A stretch of 64,000 nt of DNA. Origin: Candidatus Omnitrophota bacterium (lineage in GTDB: Bacteria > Omnitrophota > Gorgyraeia > Zapsychrales > JANLHA01). The translations under genes were made by a program, and so were the position numbers. Positions within the stretch are counted from its first letter, which is position 1. Each line of letters starts with the position of its first letter. The stretch spans positions 6,778 through 70,777 of the forward strand of contig JBBRHV010000004.1 of the NCBI GenBank assembly GCA_038222225.1, written 5' to 3'. The notes under the pieces are model-generated. The model was not told where the DNA came from. It ran no database searches and saw nothing but the letters and a program-made list of their open reading frames with translations. Of this stretch, positions 29,125-39,337 are shown piece by piece.

Positions 29125-29739
29125 TTACGCCCGATAACCTTCAAAAGGAACATTCGGTTTGGCCGCCTCACTGGAAACTTCAGCCACTTTCATTTTCTTG
29201 TCTTTACTGCGCGGCACGATCTTCACAACATCCACATCAACTTCAACACCCAATTCAGCTCCGATCATATTCTGAATTTTCGATTTGATAATGCTCTGCA
29301 GCCTGGAGGTCACTTCCGGAATATTAATATCCCCGTTCAAGGCGACCCGCGACTGAATATAAAGATCTCCGTTTTTCTTTGCCAAAACAGATGCCCGCAC
29401 TTCTTTAACTTCTTCCAACGAAGAAAGTTCCCGGCGCACAAGATCTTCCAAAGCCACCAACGAAACAAAAACCCGGCCTTCAGGATTATCAAAAGCAATG
29501 TTTTTTCCCTTTTGCTGATCCCCATAAATCACTTTAGCAAACGTATACGCTTTGAGGACCAAAATCAAAGCCACTAAACCCATGATCAAACGAACCTGAA
29601 GATTGTCGTTGATGCCCGCCAGGATCACAACCATTTCATCAAACGGCATCAGTTTCAGCGCAATCATAATCAAAAAACATGCCACCAGCATCGTCACCAC
29701 ACAATAAAACATCACGCCTAATCGGACCATCAGTTTCAT
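29125..29739 (-). CDS. amaP: Alkaline shock response membrane anchor AmaP-like protein
   Basis: Two N-terminal TMs followed by G.V.VS..ALEDL and an Asp23-like domain; overlaps the asp23 gene. Confidence 0.8.
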   Translation of the reverse strand: MKLMVRLGVMFYCVVTMLVACFLIMIALKLMPFDEMVVILAGINDNLQVRLIMGLVALILVLKAYTFAKVIYGDQQKGKNIAFDNPEGRVFVSLVALEDLVRRELSSLEEVKEVRASVLAKKNGDLYIQSRVALNGDINIPEVTSRLQSIIKSKIQNMIGAELGVEVDVDVVKIVPRSKDKKMKVAEVSSEAAKPNVPFEGYRA

Positions 29740-30092
29740 TGATCCCCCCTCTCTATCCCATGGATATTGACATTGACATCTTTTAAATCGATATCAACTG
29801 TTTGTTCAATGGCCTCCCGAATAGCATCTTGAGCTTGAATGGCGACATCCGGAATGCGCAGACCATAATCAACACACACGCGCACATGAACCGAAACCTG
29901 GCCGGTCTTCTCGATATCAACATTGATCGCCGACTGTGCGTAGAGGCCGATAATCCTGAGCAACTGATCGGCCATATTTGGTTTAATAAGACGGATCCCC
30001 TTGACCCCCGCCACCGCATTGGCAACGATATCAGCGATCACCTTCTTGTGAATTTTTACAGATCCCAAATCAACATTTTTAATCTCACTCAT
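29736..30092 (-). CDS. Asp23/Gls24-family protein
   Basis: Motifs LGSVKIHKKVIA, YG..IPDVA..AQ and VNVNIHGI; follows accC. Confidence 0.9.
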   Translation of the reverse strand: MSEIKNVDLGSVKIHKKVIADIVANAVAGVKGIRLIKPNMADQLLRIIGLYAQSAINVDIEKTGQVSVHVRVCVDYGLRIPDVAIQAQDAIREAIEQTVDIDLKDVNVNIHGIERGDQ

Positions 30093-30107
30093 TCTTACGC
30101 CTCCAGC

Positions 30108-31451
30108 TCATTTCTTCATGTATTTTTCCAGAAAATTTGTAGAAAATTCTCCCTTAATAAACATCGGATGATTTAAAACTTCTAAATGCAGACCGATCGT
30201 TGTCTTGATCGGAGCGACATAAAACTCATCTAATGCACGCCGCATAATACGAATCGCCTCTTTACGGTCCTTCCCGTAGGTAATTAATTTCGCGATCATC
30301 GAATCATAATGCGGGCTGATCGTATAACCCGGATAGATATGTGAATCGATGCGCACGCCACGGCCTCCCGGAAGATTCAGATCCTCGATCTTCCCGGGAC
30401 ACGGCATAAAATTATTAGCCGGATCTTCCGCGTTAATACGGCATTCAATGGCTGCTCCTTCAAAACGGATATCCTCTTGCTTGAAGGGCAGTTTTTCGCC
30501 CGCCGCAACCTTGATCTGTTCTTTGACCAGGTCGATCCCGGTGACCATTTCCGTCACCGGATGCTCAACCTGAATACGCGTATTCATCTCCATAAAATAG
30601 AACTCGCCGGTGGAGTCCAGCAAAAATTCGATGGTCCCAACCCCCTCATAATTCGCAGCTTTGGCAACTTTCACCGCTGCATCGCCCATTTTCTTGCGCA
30701 AAGACTTTGTCAATGCCGGTGAAGGCGACTCTTCGATCAGTTTTTGATGCCGACGCTGAATGCTGCAATCCCGTTCACCGAGATGAACGACATTTCCGTG
30801 GCTGTCTGCCAAGATCTGAAACTCAATATGGCGGGGCTCTGTCAAATATTTTTCGATATACACAGCGGAATTCCCAAAATTCGCCTCTGCCTCAGAACGG
30901 GCCATCGCAAAAGCACCCATCAGCGTCATGTCGTTATGACAGACCCGCATGCCCTTCCCGCCGCCGCCTGCCGCAGCCTTAATAATGATCGGGTATTTAA
31001 TGCTGTTGGCAATTTTCAGAGCTTCTTTTTCATCGACAACCACACCCTTACCTCCGGGAGTTAATGGAACGCCCACTTTACGCACGGTCTCCCGAGCCTG
31101 GATCTTGTCCCCCATCAGACGAATGGTTTCCGGTGATGGTCCGATAAAACGGATATGGCACGATTCACAGATTTCAGCAAAATGCGCATTTTCCGCCAGA
31201 AACCCATACCCCGGATGGATCGCTTCCACATCCATAATCTCAGCGGCTGAAATAATGGCCGGAATATTCAAATAGCTCAGAGAGCTTTTGGCAGGACCGA
31301 TGCACACCGCCTCATCGGCAAACCGGACATGTGAAGATTTGCTGTCAGCTTCCGAAAATACTGCCACCGTTTGAATCCCCATCTCACGGCAAGCCCGGAT
31401 AATTCTCAGGGCGATCTCGCCCCGATTCGCAATTAAAATTTTTGAAAACAT
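30108..31451 (-). CDS. accC: Acetyl-CoA carboxylase biotin carboxylase subunit
   Basis: Motifs [27 protein letters not shown] and [14 protein letters not shown]. Confidence 0.98.
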   Translation of the reverse strand: MFSKILIANRGEIALRIIRACREMGIQTVAVFSEADSKSSHVRFADEAVCIGPAKSSLSYLNIPAIISAAEIMDVEAIHPGYGFLAENAHFAEICESCHIRFIGPSPETIRLMGDKIQARETVRKVGVPLTPGGKGVVVDEKEALKIANSIKYPIIIKAAAGGGGKGMRVCHNDMTLMGAFAMARSEAEANFGNSAVYIEKYLTEPRHIEFQILADSHGNVVHLGERDCSIQRRHQKLIEESPSPALTKSLRKKMGDAAVKVAKAANYEGVGTIEFLLDSTGEFYFMEMNTRIQVEHPVTEMVTGIDLVKEQIKVAAGEKLPFKQEDIRFEGAAIECRINAEDPANNFMPCPGKIEDLNLPGGRGVRIDSHIYPGYTISPHYDSMIAKLITYGKDRKEAIRIMRRALDEFYVAPIKTTIGLHLEVLNHPMFIKGEFSTNFLEKYMKK

Positions 31452-31545
31452 ATATTAACCAATCTTAGAGTTCTATTCATGACGAGTCTTATTAGGCCTC
31501 CCACCTTTCAAGCGAAACCTAACCCTTACAAAATCCAGACTTCCG

Positions 31546-32007
31546 TTAAGCTGGTTCAATCAAAAAAAGCGGCTGGCCGAATTCAACCGGTTCAGCATTG
31601 TTGACTAGAATTTCCACAACTTTCCCGCGCACCTCCGCTTTGATCTCATTCATAAGTTTCATCGCTTCAATGATGCACACAACTTGCCCGATTTCAATGA
31701 CTTGACCGACATCCGCATATGCAGGAGATTCCGGCGACGGAGCCCGATAGAATGTTCCGACCATCGGAGATGTAATCTCAACGGTGTTCGTCGCTTTCGC
31801 GACAGGAGCCGCGGATTCCTCCGCTGCGGATGAAATGCCAGGCGCGGACGCTGAAACAAGAGGAGGCTGATGATAAACCGGAGCCATCTGAACATCGCTT
31901 CCAAATTTTTTCATCTTCAACCTGGAACCCTCCCGTTCGACTTCGACTTCTGAAAGCTCGTTTTCTTTCATCAACTTAAGAATTTCCTTAATTTCCTTCA
32001 AGTTCAT
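31546..32007 (-). CDS. accB: Biotin carboxyl carrier protein
   Basis: Motifs SPMVGTFY and EAMKLMNE. Confidence 0.98.
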   Translation of the reverse strand: MNLKEIKEILKLMKENELSEVEVEREGSRLKMKKFGSDVQMAPVYHQPPLVSASAPGISSAAEESAAPVAKATNTVEITSPMVGTFYRAPSPESPAYADVGQVIEIGQVVCIIEAMKLMNEIKAEVRGKVVEILVNNAEPVEFGQPLFLIEPA

Positions 32008-32570
32008 TTCTGAATCCTTTCAACATATTGACCGTTTCGAGTATCAATGCGTATCCAATCTCCCTGGTTAATAAATAACGGGACCTGAACCATGGCGCCT
32101 GTTTCAATCTGCGCTGGTTTTGTTCCAGCGCGCGAAGAATCACCCTTAACGCCCGGTTCTGCGTAAGTGATTTCTGCTTCAATAAAGTTCGGCAAAACAA
32201 TTCTTAACGTCTTATTCTCATACACAAGCCCAATAATTTCAAGATTTTCCAACAGAAACTTCGCCGCATCCCCAACCATGTCCGCTGAAATCTCGCTTTG
32301 TTCATAGCTGCCTAAATTCATTAAATGAAATGAATCTCCAGAATGATACAAAAACTGCATTTTATGTTCTTCCAGCATAACATCATCAAGCTTATCTGCT
32401 GTTTTAAAAGTCCTCTCCAAAACCGCATCTGTTTTAATATTTTTGACCTTTACACGGGCAAACGCGCTTCCTTTGCCGGGCTTAACATGGGTATAGTCCA
32501 CCACCATATAAATTTCCCCGTCAATCTTTAATCCCTGCCCAGTTGTAAGTTGATTGATTGTGATTGTCAT
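32004..32570 (-). CDS. efp: Elongation factor P
   Basis: Motifs HVKPGKGSAF, PGVKGD, VPLFI and IDTR. Confidence 0.98.
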   Translation of the reverse strand: MTITINQLTTGQGLKIDGEIYMVVDYTHVKPGKGSAFARVKVKNIKTDAVLERTFKTADKLDDVMLEEHKMQFLYHSGDSFHLMNLGSYEQSEISADMVGDAAKFLLENLEIIGLVYENKTLRIVLPNFIEAEITYAEPGVKGDSSRAGTKPAQIETGAMVQVPLFINQGDWIRIDTRNGQYVERIQK

Positions 32571-32594
32571 CGGATCCCTTCTAATACTATTTAC

Positions 32595-33674
32595 TTATTT
32601 CAATAAAAAAGGATGTGACGAAAGCAGTGACTGACTTAAAACCTCACATCCGTGATCTGTAACCAAAACCATATCTTCAATACGAATACCGAATTTGTTC
32701 TTCAAATAAACACCCGGCTCAACCGTCACAACCATTCCCGCCTGCAGACGCTCGGGACTTTTCACGGAAAGCCGTGGCGGCTCATGGATCTCAAGCCCCA
32801 CCCCATGGCCCAATGAATGCGTGAAATGTTTCTCTAACCCTTGTTTTTTCAAAGACTTTCGTGCTGCTTCATCCACCGCCGAAACCAATACGCCATCTTT
32901 AATGCCCTTCAAGGCTTCTTGCTGAGCCTCATAGACAGCCCGATAAACCCGTTCGACAGAAGGAGCTATTGTACCGAAAACAAAAATACGTGTCAAGTCA
33001 GACTTATATCCATTTATTTCCATGCCCATGTCAACGAGTAAAATATCCTTGGCAAGAATCCGGCGGTCCGTAATCTGCGCATGGGGAAAAGTCGAATTTG
33101 GTCCCGAAGCAATAATAGGATTAAAGGCAAACTCAATATTGTGTTTGCGGGAAAAATCCGAAAGCTTTGCAAGCACATCCCGCTCCCTCATTCCGGGATG
33201 AAGCACCCGCCTGAGATACTGATAGGCCTTTATATTCAAAGCCAGGGCGTGTTTGATTTCAGCTAATTCTCCAGGATCCTTAAGAATCCTCAATCTTTCC
33301 AGCACGCCGTTCATGGCAATCAAGCGCACGCCCTTAGGCATATAGGCTTTCAGCTCCTTCAAAGCGAAAACACTGAAATGCCTCTCATCAAAACCGATCC
33401 GCTTCAAAGACCGTCCCGCGATCCACTGGCACAACTCTTTACGTAACGGCTGCCGGCTCTCTTTTACCGTGATCCCTTTTAAATGTTTCCGGGCTTCCTG
33501 AGCATAACGGGAATCGGTAAAAAAATAAGCTCGCGCACAATCCACCAGAAGCCAGGATTCCTGGGCATGAAACCCGGTCAAATACCGGATATCCGCATCA
33601 TGCACGACTAAATAGGCATCAAGATTTCTTTTCGAAAAGCATCGACGGAATTTTTGAATACGCGTATAAGACAT
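32595..33674 (-). CDS. Xaa-Pro aminopeptidase (M24B)
   Basis: Motifs RYLTGF, TDSRY, YKSDLTR, HSLGHGVGLEIHE, VEPGVY and GIRIED. Confidence 0.95.
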   Translation of the reverse strand: MSYTRIQKFRRCFSKRNLDAYLVVHDADIRYLTGFHAQESWLLVDCARAYFFTDSRYAQEARKHLKGITVKESRQPLRKELCQWIAGRSLKRIGFDERHFSVFALKELKAYMPKGVRLIAMNGVLERLRILKDPGELAEIKHALALNIKAYQYLRRVLHPGMRERDVLAKLSDFSRKHNIEFAFNPIIASGPNSTFPHAQITDRRILAKDILLVDMGMEINGYKSDLTRIFVFGTIAPSVERVYRAVYEAQQEALKGIKDGVLVSAVDEAARKSLKKQGLEKHFTHSLGHGVGLEIHEPPRLSVKSPERLQAGMVVTVEPGVYLKNKFGIRIEDMVLVTDHGCEVLSQSLLSSHPFLLK

Positions 33675-33737
33675 GGAAAAAAACAGAAAAACCAACCCTC
33701 TCAAGATCAATGGATTGGCTTATGTTGACCTTATATT

Positions 33738-34175
33738 TTATGAAATTAATCCAATAATTGCCTCAAGTCCCAGAATATAACTATCAACCCCAAATCCGCT
33801 GATCTGTCCGTAGGCAACCGGAGCGATCAAAGACTTCTGACGGAATTCTTCGCGCGCATGAATATTCGATAAATGAACTTCCACTGTCGGCAATTCAACG
33901 GCAGCCACCGCATCGCGAATGGCCACGCTCGTGTGGGTGTAGGCCGCAGGATTGATCAAGATCGCAGCAAACCCTTGCTTTTTTGCCTGACCGATCTTAT
34001 CCACAATGTCCCCTTCATGGTTGGACTGTAAAATCTCCAATTCAATATCTGAATCTGACGCCAATTCTTTCAAACATTCATTAATGCCCTCAAGCGTCAT
34101 GTCGCCATAAATATTTTTTTCACGTTCTCCCAAAAGGTTTAAATTAGGACCGTGAATAACCAGAACTTTCGACAT
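33738..34175 (-). CDS. aroQ: Type II 3-dehydroquinate dehydratase
   Basis: Motifs [27 protein letters not shown] and [14 protein letters not shown]. Confidence 0.98.
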   Translation of the reverse strand: MSKVLVIHGPNLNLLGEREKNIYGDMTLEGINECLKELASDSDIELEILQSNHEGDIVDKIGQAKKQGFAAILINPAAYTHTSVAIRDAVAAVELPTVEVHLSNIHAREEFRQKSLIAPVAYGQISGFGVDSYILGLEAIIGLIS

Positions 34176-34177
34176 AA

Positions 34178-34342
34178 TCAAATCTCCTTTGATCGCGTAG
34201 CTTCTTCAATAAGAAGAATCGGAATTCCGTCATCGATACGATAGTTTAACCCGCATCCTTCACACAGTAATGATTGGTCCTTTTGGGCCAAATCCCCATG
34301 ACAGCTCGGGCATGCCAGAATTTCTAAAAGCTTAGGATCCAT
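34178..34342 (-). CDS. Trm112-family small protein (54 aa)
   Basis: Not in the ORF track. Manual translation: [18 protein letters not shown]...[30 protein letters not shown]. Confidence 0.92.
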   Translation of the reverse strand: MDPKLLEILACPSCHGDLAQKDQSLLCEGCGLNYRIDDGIPILLIEEATRSKEI

Positions 34343-34700
34343 GAATCACGCTCCCCTTATTTTGTGACTCATTCACGATCTCCACATATTTCAGTTGGAG
34401 CTCATAGACCGACGCGTTCAAAAGGTCTTCTTCGTCTTTCGCAAGATTGCCTTTGGTTTTTTCTTTCAGAATCGCCAGTGTATCTATGAGAAGACGCGCC
34501 TGGGGCAGATCAACCTCAACCTGATTGTCGTTCATCGGGTTGCCGATGATTCCCAGAAAAATCAACGCCTGCATGGAAAGGCTGGTAATGTAGGCCTTAA
34601 AATTAAATTCCGGCAAATCCGCCATGTGATGGTCATACACCTCTTTTTCTTGATTGGAATGTTCTTTCCAGGATTGATCAACCGACTTTTCCACTGACAT
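34332..34700 (-). CDS. DUF1844-domain protein
   Basis: F...ITSL..QALIFLG...NP...DL.QAR..ID.L..L.EKTKGNL..EE pattern; ATG 34700 with an AGGAG SD. Confidence 0.85.
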   Translation of the reverse strand: MSVEKSVDQSWKEHSNQEKEVYDHHMADLPEFNFKAYITSLSMQALIFLGIIGNPMNDNQVEVDLPQARLLIDTLAILKEKTKGNLAKDEEDLLNASVYELQLKYVEIVNESQNKGSVIHGS

Positions 34701-34734
34701 ATACACTCCTTCTATATATTTAATAAGATAAGGT

Positions 34735-34763
34735 AGAATAGCAAACTTAAAATGAGGTGTCAA
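34735..34763 (-). promoter_or_regulatory. sigma70 promoter of the DUF1844-aroQ-efp-accBC operon
   Basis: TTGACA (34763-34758), 17-nt spacer, TATTCT with a TG extension. Confidence 0.65.
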
Positions 34764-34896
34764 ATGGTGTCAGAAAAAACACATCACGAGAGGGTTTCTT
34801 TCATAAAACACGCTCCGCCAGGCCCTCCAAAAAAATAGGAAAACACTTTCATTCTCAAAAGAACTTTTCTATAATATCGTGGAATTCAAAAATACG

Positions 34897-35835
34897 ATGC
34901 TCCTACTTTACTCAACCTATAATTCATCGGATGATGATCCGGCAACCCTTGGGCTGTTCATGGTCATTGGCGGGGTTGTCGGGTTTTTCTTTGGCTTCAA
35001 CCGCCTCAAACGCAAACGCATGATCGAAAACATCCCTACGTCCACGGTCCGCGGTATGGCCATGGGAGAAGTAGAGCTCATCGGTCAAGCCGAACCTTAT
35101 CAACGCCCGCTTACGGGGCCATTCAGCAATTCTCCCTGTGTTTATTATAAATATCGAATCGAAGAATACCGCTCAAGCAAAAACAGTTCCCGCTGGGTCA
35201 CAATCTCCAAGGGTGACAGCGCGGCCTCTCCCTTCTATTTGAAGGATGAAACCGGCCGCGTCCTGGTCGCACCGGCCAAAGCGGAAATGCTCATTAATCA
35301 AAAGTTCCAGACTGAACACATGAGTTCACAGATCGAACATTTTTTAACCAGTTCCGACTGCAAGCCCCGAGGATTGTTCGGATTTGCACGGCGCCTGCGT
35401 TTTACCGAATGGCATATTCAACCCGATGAAACAACCTACGTGCTGGGGTTCGCCCAAAAGAATCAAAATTTCCTGCAAGAACAGCAGAACAAATTGCGCC
35501 AGCTCCTTGAAGAGGTGAAAAAAGATAAAGACCTCATGCTGCAGTTTGACCTGAACAAAGACGGCGAGATCAGCCAGGAAGAATGGGACCTGGCGGTCAC
35601 CGGGCTGGAGCACAAGCTCCTCGAAGACCTTGCCCAAAAGGCCTCAACGCATCAAGAGCAGACAGACATCGTCATCGCCTTCAACCCCAACAGCCGGATC
35701 TTTATGATTTCAGATAGAGGACAAAAAGAACTTCTAACCAAACTGAACTGGCAATGCGGATTGGGGATTTACGGAGGAGCGGCCGGCGTGATCATCGGAC
35801 TGCTCATTTTAGTGCTTCGCTTTAACCTCTTTTAA
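34897..35835 (+). CDS. GIDE-domain membrane protein with an EF-hand-like loop
   Basis: N- and C-terminal TMs; IENIPTSTVR...GEVELIG, CVYY.Y.IEE, PFYL.DETG.V.V and FMISD. DLNKDGEISQEE is a canonical EF-hand loop. TTTCAT-N17-TATAAT lies upstream; start uncertain. Confidence 0.8.
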   Translation: MLLLYSTYNSSDDDPATLGLFMVIGGVVGFFFGFNRLKRKRMIENIPTSTVRGMAMGEVELIGQAEPYQRPLTGPFSNSPCVYYKYRIEEYRSSKNSSRWVTISKGDSAASPFYLKDETGRVLVAPAKAEMLINQKFQTEHMSSQIEHFLTSSDCKPRGLFGFARRLRFTEWHIQPDETTYVLGFAQKNQNFLQEQQNKLRQLLEEVKKDKDLMLQFDLNKDGEISQEEWDLAVTGLEHKLLEDLAQKASTHQEQTDIVIAFNPNSRIFMISDRGQKELLTKLNWQCGLGIYGGAAGVIIGLLILVLRFNLF

Positions 35836-35854
35836 AACACGAAAGGATACACCT

Positions 35855-36424
35855 ATGGGAATTATTGTTTTTGCTGTTTTTCTTCTCTTGATCCTTGGAA
35901 GCATCATGTATTTTGTGACGATCTACAACGGCCTGATCGTTCTCTCGCGCAACATCGACAAGTCTTGGGCCAACATCGACGTGCTCTTAAAACAGCGCCA
36001 TGATGAGATTCCTAAACTGATCAAGGTTTGCGAAGGATACATGAAATATGAACGCGAAACGCTCGAGAAGATCACGCTTGCCCGCACCGCCTGTATCAAT
36101 GCCTCATCAGTGGCTGATTCATCCAAGGCTGAAGGGGAACTGAGCGGCCTGCTCAAAAACCTTTTCGCTGTAGCGGAAAACTATCCAGACCTTAAGGCCA
36201 ACAGCAATTTTAATCAGCTGCAGCAGAGAGTCAGCTACCTGGAAAGCCAGATCGCCGACCGGCGGGAAATGTTCAACGAATCGGTGAACGCCTACAATAT
36301 CCGCATCGCGCAGATCCCGGATGTGATGGTGGCCAACATGCTGAATATGAAACCCAAAGAACTGTTCCAGATTTCGGCTGAAGACCGAAAAGATGTGGAT
36401 ATCAGCTTTAACTTTCCTTCATAA
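35855..36424 (+). CDS. lemA: LemA family protein
   Basis: Motifs YNGL, SWANIDVLLKQRHD.IP.L, AENYPDLKAN and RREMFN. Confidence 0.95.
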   Translation: MGIIVFAVFLLLILGSIMYFVTIYNGLIVLSRNIDKSWANIDVLLKQRHDEIPKLIKVCEGYMKYERETLEKITLARTACINASSVADSSKAEGELSGLLKNLFAVAENYPDLKANSNFNQLQQRVSYLESQIADRREMFNESVNAYNIRIAQIPDVMVANMLNMKPKELFQISAEDRKDVDISFNFPS

Positions 36425-36438
36425 TCAGTAGAAAGACC

Positions 36439-36468
36439 AAGGGCGCAGTGAATATTCACTGCGCCCTT
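36439..36468. terminator. Perfect 30-bp palindrome between convergent genes (probable bidirectional terminator/stabilising hairpin)
   Basis: AAGGGCGCAGTGAAT|ATTCACTGCGCCCTT with no mismatch. Confidence 0.7.
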
Positions 36469-36479
36469 CGCATACTATC

Positions 36480-36941
36480 CTAGGCCATGACCACACTCAA
36501 AATCGCGTCTTCTTCTTTTCCTACGTGCTGCCCCATCACCTTGGCGATCACGCCTCCAAACATTTTTCCCATCAAAGTCGTGTTCATCTTTGAAACGTAG
36601 ACCTGGCCGTCCCGCGCCTCCCAGACGGAAAACGCGCAGGGCATCAAACACGCAATAAAACGGTTGGATTGAACACTCAAGATCTCTGACGCATACAGCG
36701 CCTTGCATAAGGCCAGGTTGGCAATTCTGAAATCTGCCGCCACCCCTTTTTTCCTCAGATCCTCATGAATCATCCAGGTGCTTTTATGCGCCCACCCGTG
36801 ATTGACAATGGACTGCTCCAAACTCTTAATGGTCTCTTCAAAGCCAAACCGGCTGCGGCAAGTTCTAAACATCAATTTGGGCATTGAGAGCCACACAACA
36901 ACCCCCACCAACACAACCCCGATCAATAATGATCCGATCAT
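36480..36941 (-). CDS. DUF302-domain protein with N-terminal TM
   Basis: Motifs SRFGFEETI..LE, LC...A, LMPC.FSV.E and V.VS.MN. Confidence 0.85.
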   Translation of the reverse strand: MIGSLLIGVVLVGVVVWLSMPKLMFRTCRSRFGFEETIKSLEQSIVNHGWAHKSTWMIHEDLRKKGVAADFRIANLALCKALYASEILSVQSNRFIACLMPCAFSVWEARDGQVYVSKMNTTLMGKMFGGVIAKVMGQHVGKEEDAILSVVMA

Positions 36942-36985
36942 GATTTTTCCTTTCTAAGACAATTACCGACAATATGTTATTTTCC

Positions 36986-37180
36986 TTAATTGGGCCTAAA
37001 CCCCAGGAGCGGCATCTCCTGATACCAAACAATAAGACTGGCCACTGCCGCATACAGCGTAAATATAGCGGCGAGCAGAATAAGAAGCTTCGTCCATTTT
37101 GCGCGTTCTCTTCCTTCACATAACACCTGAATGGAGCGCATCGCGATGTAACATCCGATCGCAAAAAACGTATAATTCAT
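36986..37180 (-). CDS. Small 2-TM hypothetical protein
   Basis: Strong GGAGGGG SD, two hydrophobic segments, operon position. Confidence 0.6.
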   Translation of the reverse strand: MNYTFFAIGCYIAMRSIQVLCEGRERAKWTKLLILLAAIFTLYAAVASLIVWYQEMPLLGFRPN

Positions 37181-37256
37181 TTCCCCCTCCTGTTGTATCG
37201 TGTCAAATTAGGGCATTCAGAACATATACAAATTCGGCCAAATGAAATATGACCTC

Positions 37257-38543
37257 TTAAAAACTATATCGAAACCGCACATAGACGTTTTTATTTTGCT
37301 TCATCATCCCGAATTCCGTGATCTCATCCTCTCCCCACGGAATGTTGGCCCCCAAGGTCGCTTTCCATTGGTCGCTGATGTCATAACTCACGCTCGGACG
37401 CACATACCCGTCTTTATCAGAAGGGGAATAAAAATTAAACAGCGATGCCTGCACGGTTTGATTGCGGAACAGTTTTATGACCCGCTGGGTCAGGACATGC
37501 CGGTATTGATCAAACACATAATCCGCAGGAAGTAAATTGTTTCTATAAGCCCCGTAATCCAAGCGCTGTTCATACTGATATTGAACTCCCACTCGCAGGT
37601 CATTGCCGAGATCTTTCGAATATCCGGCTAAAGCCTTGAACATGGAATTCTCGATCAGGCGATTTCTTCCATCGGAATCTTCCCGGGAATCATAATACCC
37701 GACTTCAATATTTCCAATACCGCTTGCAAACGGCCCCCGAATACTTGATCCGTAAGCATCCAGCCGGCGGTAAAACAGCTGACGATTGGCTTCATTTTTA
37801 TAACTGTTGGGGTTCTTATCAAAACCCCGAAAATAATACAAGGCAACTTCATTGCTACCCAAGTTACGGTAATATCTCAATGCATACTCAAGATTAGAAA
37901 GCTGGTTCGACGGCTCCAGCAGATCCCTGTCTGAGTCCACCCCGGAGATTCCGCCTTGAAAACTATTAAAAAAAGACAGCCGGTCACCCTTAGCGGTGGT
38001 GTTAGGTTCAAAGGCCATCACGATCATGTCAAGGTTTCCGACGTCCTGAAACAACGACACCTTCACCGCATCCGAGGGTTTTTTCAAATACTCATCATCC
38101 CTTCCGACAAAGAACGACACATAATCTTTGGGAAACAAGTCATTCACAAAAAGATAATCCCCGGTTCCCCAGGTCAACACCTGCCGCCCGGCTTTGAGGT
38201 CAACCGAGTCAAAGGGCCGCAGAGAAACATTGAGCTCCCGTAATTCGAAAGCAGTTTTGCCGCCGAAATATCCATCCAGCAGAAAGTCGCCCTTAAAATT
38301 CAGCGACGTCCCTTTATCTACGAAATAGTTTTCCCCCTCAATGTAATAGGTGGTCTTCAGCTGCGCCCGGGTTTCCAGAAGATTGAACTCATCATGCTTG
38401 GTGTCATCAGCCGTCAATCTTTGTCCATAGGCACCTTCCCAGAACCCGTGGATCTGCGGCGCGGTCAGGGCATCTGCCTTAACCGGAAAGATGCCGAGCA
38501 CAAAACATGAAACCGTAAGAAATACTGCTCTACCCTTGCTCAT
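37257..38543 (-). CDS. Outer-membrane beta-barrel protein (DUF1302-like)
   Basis: Signal peptide, LRE...GRQVLTWGTGD motif and C-terminal YVRFRYSF BAM signal. ATGA overlap with the upstream gene. Confidence 0.82.
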   Translation of the reverse strand: MSKGRAVFLTVSCFVLGIFPVKADALTAPQIHGFWEGAYGQRLTADDTKHDEFNLLETRAQLKTTYYIEGENYFVDKGTSLNFKGDFLLDGYFGGKTAFELRELNVSLRPFDSVDLKAGRQVLTWGTGDYLFVNDLFPKDYVSFFVGRDDEYLKKPSDAVKVSLFQDVGNLDMIVMAFEPNTTAKGDRLSFFNSFQGGISGVDSDRDLLEPSNQLSNLEYALRYYRNLGSNEVALYYFRGFDKNPNSYKNEANRQLFYRRLDAYGSSIRGPFASGIGNIEVGYYDSREDSDGRNRLIENSMFKALAGYSKDLGNDLRVGVQYQYEQRLDYGAYRNNLLPADYVFDQYRHVLTQRVIKLFRNQTVQASLFNFYSPSDKDGYVRPSVSYDISDQWKATLGANIPWGEDEITEFGMMKQNKNVYVRFRYSF

Positions 38544-39337
38544 GGGCGCGTCCATTTCGCCGGCGCTTGACGCAAATAGCGTTCCGCGAAAATATCCGTC
38601 TCCAAACCCACATCATACTGCACGTTCTCAAAAACCATCTCGGTGGTGCCGTTTCGCTGGACATCCTGAGCAACTGAGCGCACCACCGTGGGATTGCCCT
38701 GGACATCCTTCACCTCTTTGACCTCGATCTGACGAACGAGTTCATTCTTATCATTATAATATTCCGCCTTCATCGGCATAAAATTGACCTTGTCGATCCA
38801 GACAAAATAATAAGCAAATTCCACGCCCGCTGTTTCCTTAGGAGTGTTCTTGATCTTATAGGCTGTGTCGGTCGTTTCCACCAGTTCATGCGTATCTACC
38901 TCCAAACTTCGCCCCGAGACATCTTCATACACAAAATGCGACCCGACAAAACTCGACCGTTTATCCGTGGCCGCGATCCGGCGGACCAGATCTAAGGCCG
39001 GCAAATACAGCCAGCGGTCATCATCCTGCCCGAAATGTTTCCACACCATGAACACCATTTTCGAAACATCAGCCGGTTTAAAAAAATACACATAATATTT
39101 TTGTTCTCCTCCGTCCTCTTCATCATAGCGCAGGATCCGCAGCTGACGTTCACGCGTGCGGCCCTGGGAATCGGTAATCGTCATCTTGACATCCGCCACC
39201 CCGTCCTTTCCGGCATAATAAGCTACCAGATTGGCGCGCTTAACAATGTCCTCCACCGACATCTCTTGCGCAGACACCGCTTGGGCGCCTAAACTCAACA
39301 GCGTTGCCATAAAAACAATCGGAATCATCTTTTTCAT
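38540..39337 (-). CDS. Outer-membrane lipoprotein-sorting (LolA-like) periplasmic protein
   Basis: Signal peptide; motifs F..PADV, DDRWLYLPALDLVRRIA and SFVGSHFVYED. Confidence 0.9.
   Translation of the reverse strand: MKKMIPIVFMATLLSLGAQAVSAQEMSVEDIVKRANLVAYYAGKDGVADVKMTITDSQGRTRERQLRILRYDEEDGGEQKYYVYFFKPADVSKMVFMVWKHFGQDDDRWLYLPALDLVRRIAATDKRSSFVGSHFVYEDVSGRSLEVDTHELVETTDTAYKIKNTPKETAGVEFAYYFVWIDKVNFMPMKAEYYNDKNELVRQIEVKEVKDVQGNPTVVRSVAQDVQRNGTTEMVFENVQYDVGLETDIFAERYLRQAPAKWTRP

Noticed and set aside
28795-29577. 260-aa plus-strand ORF, and the similar 5605..6252 and 50890..51480
   Set aside because: They are antisense to well-supported genes, have no motifs or SD, and are typical shadow ORFs.
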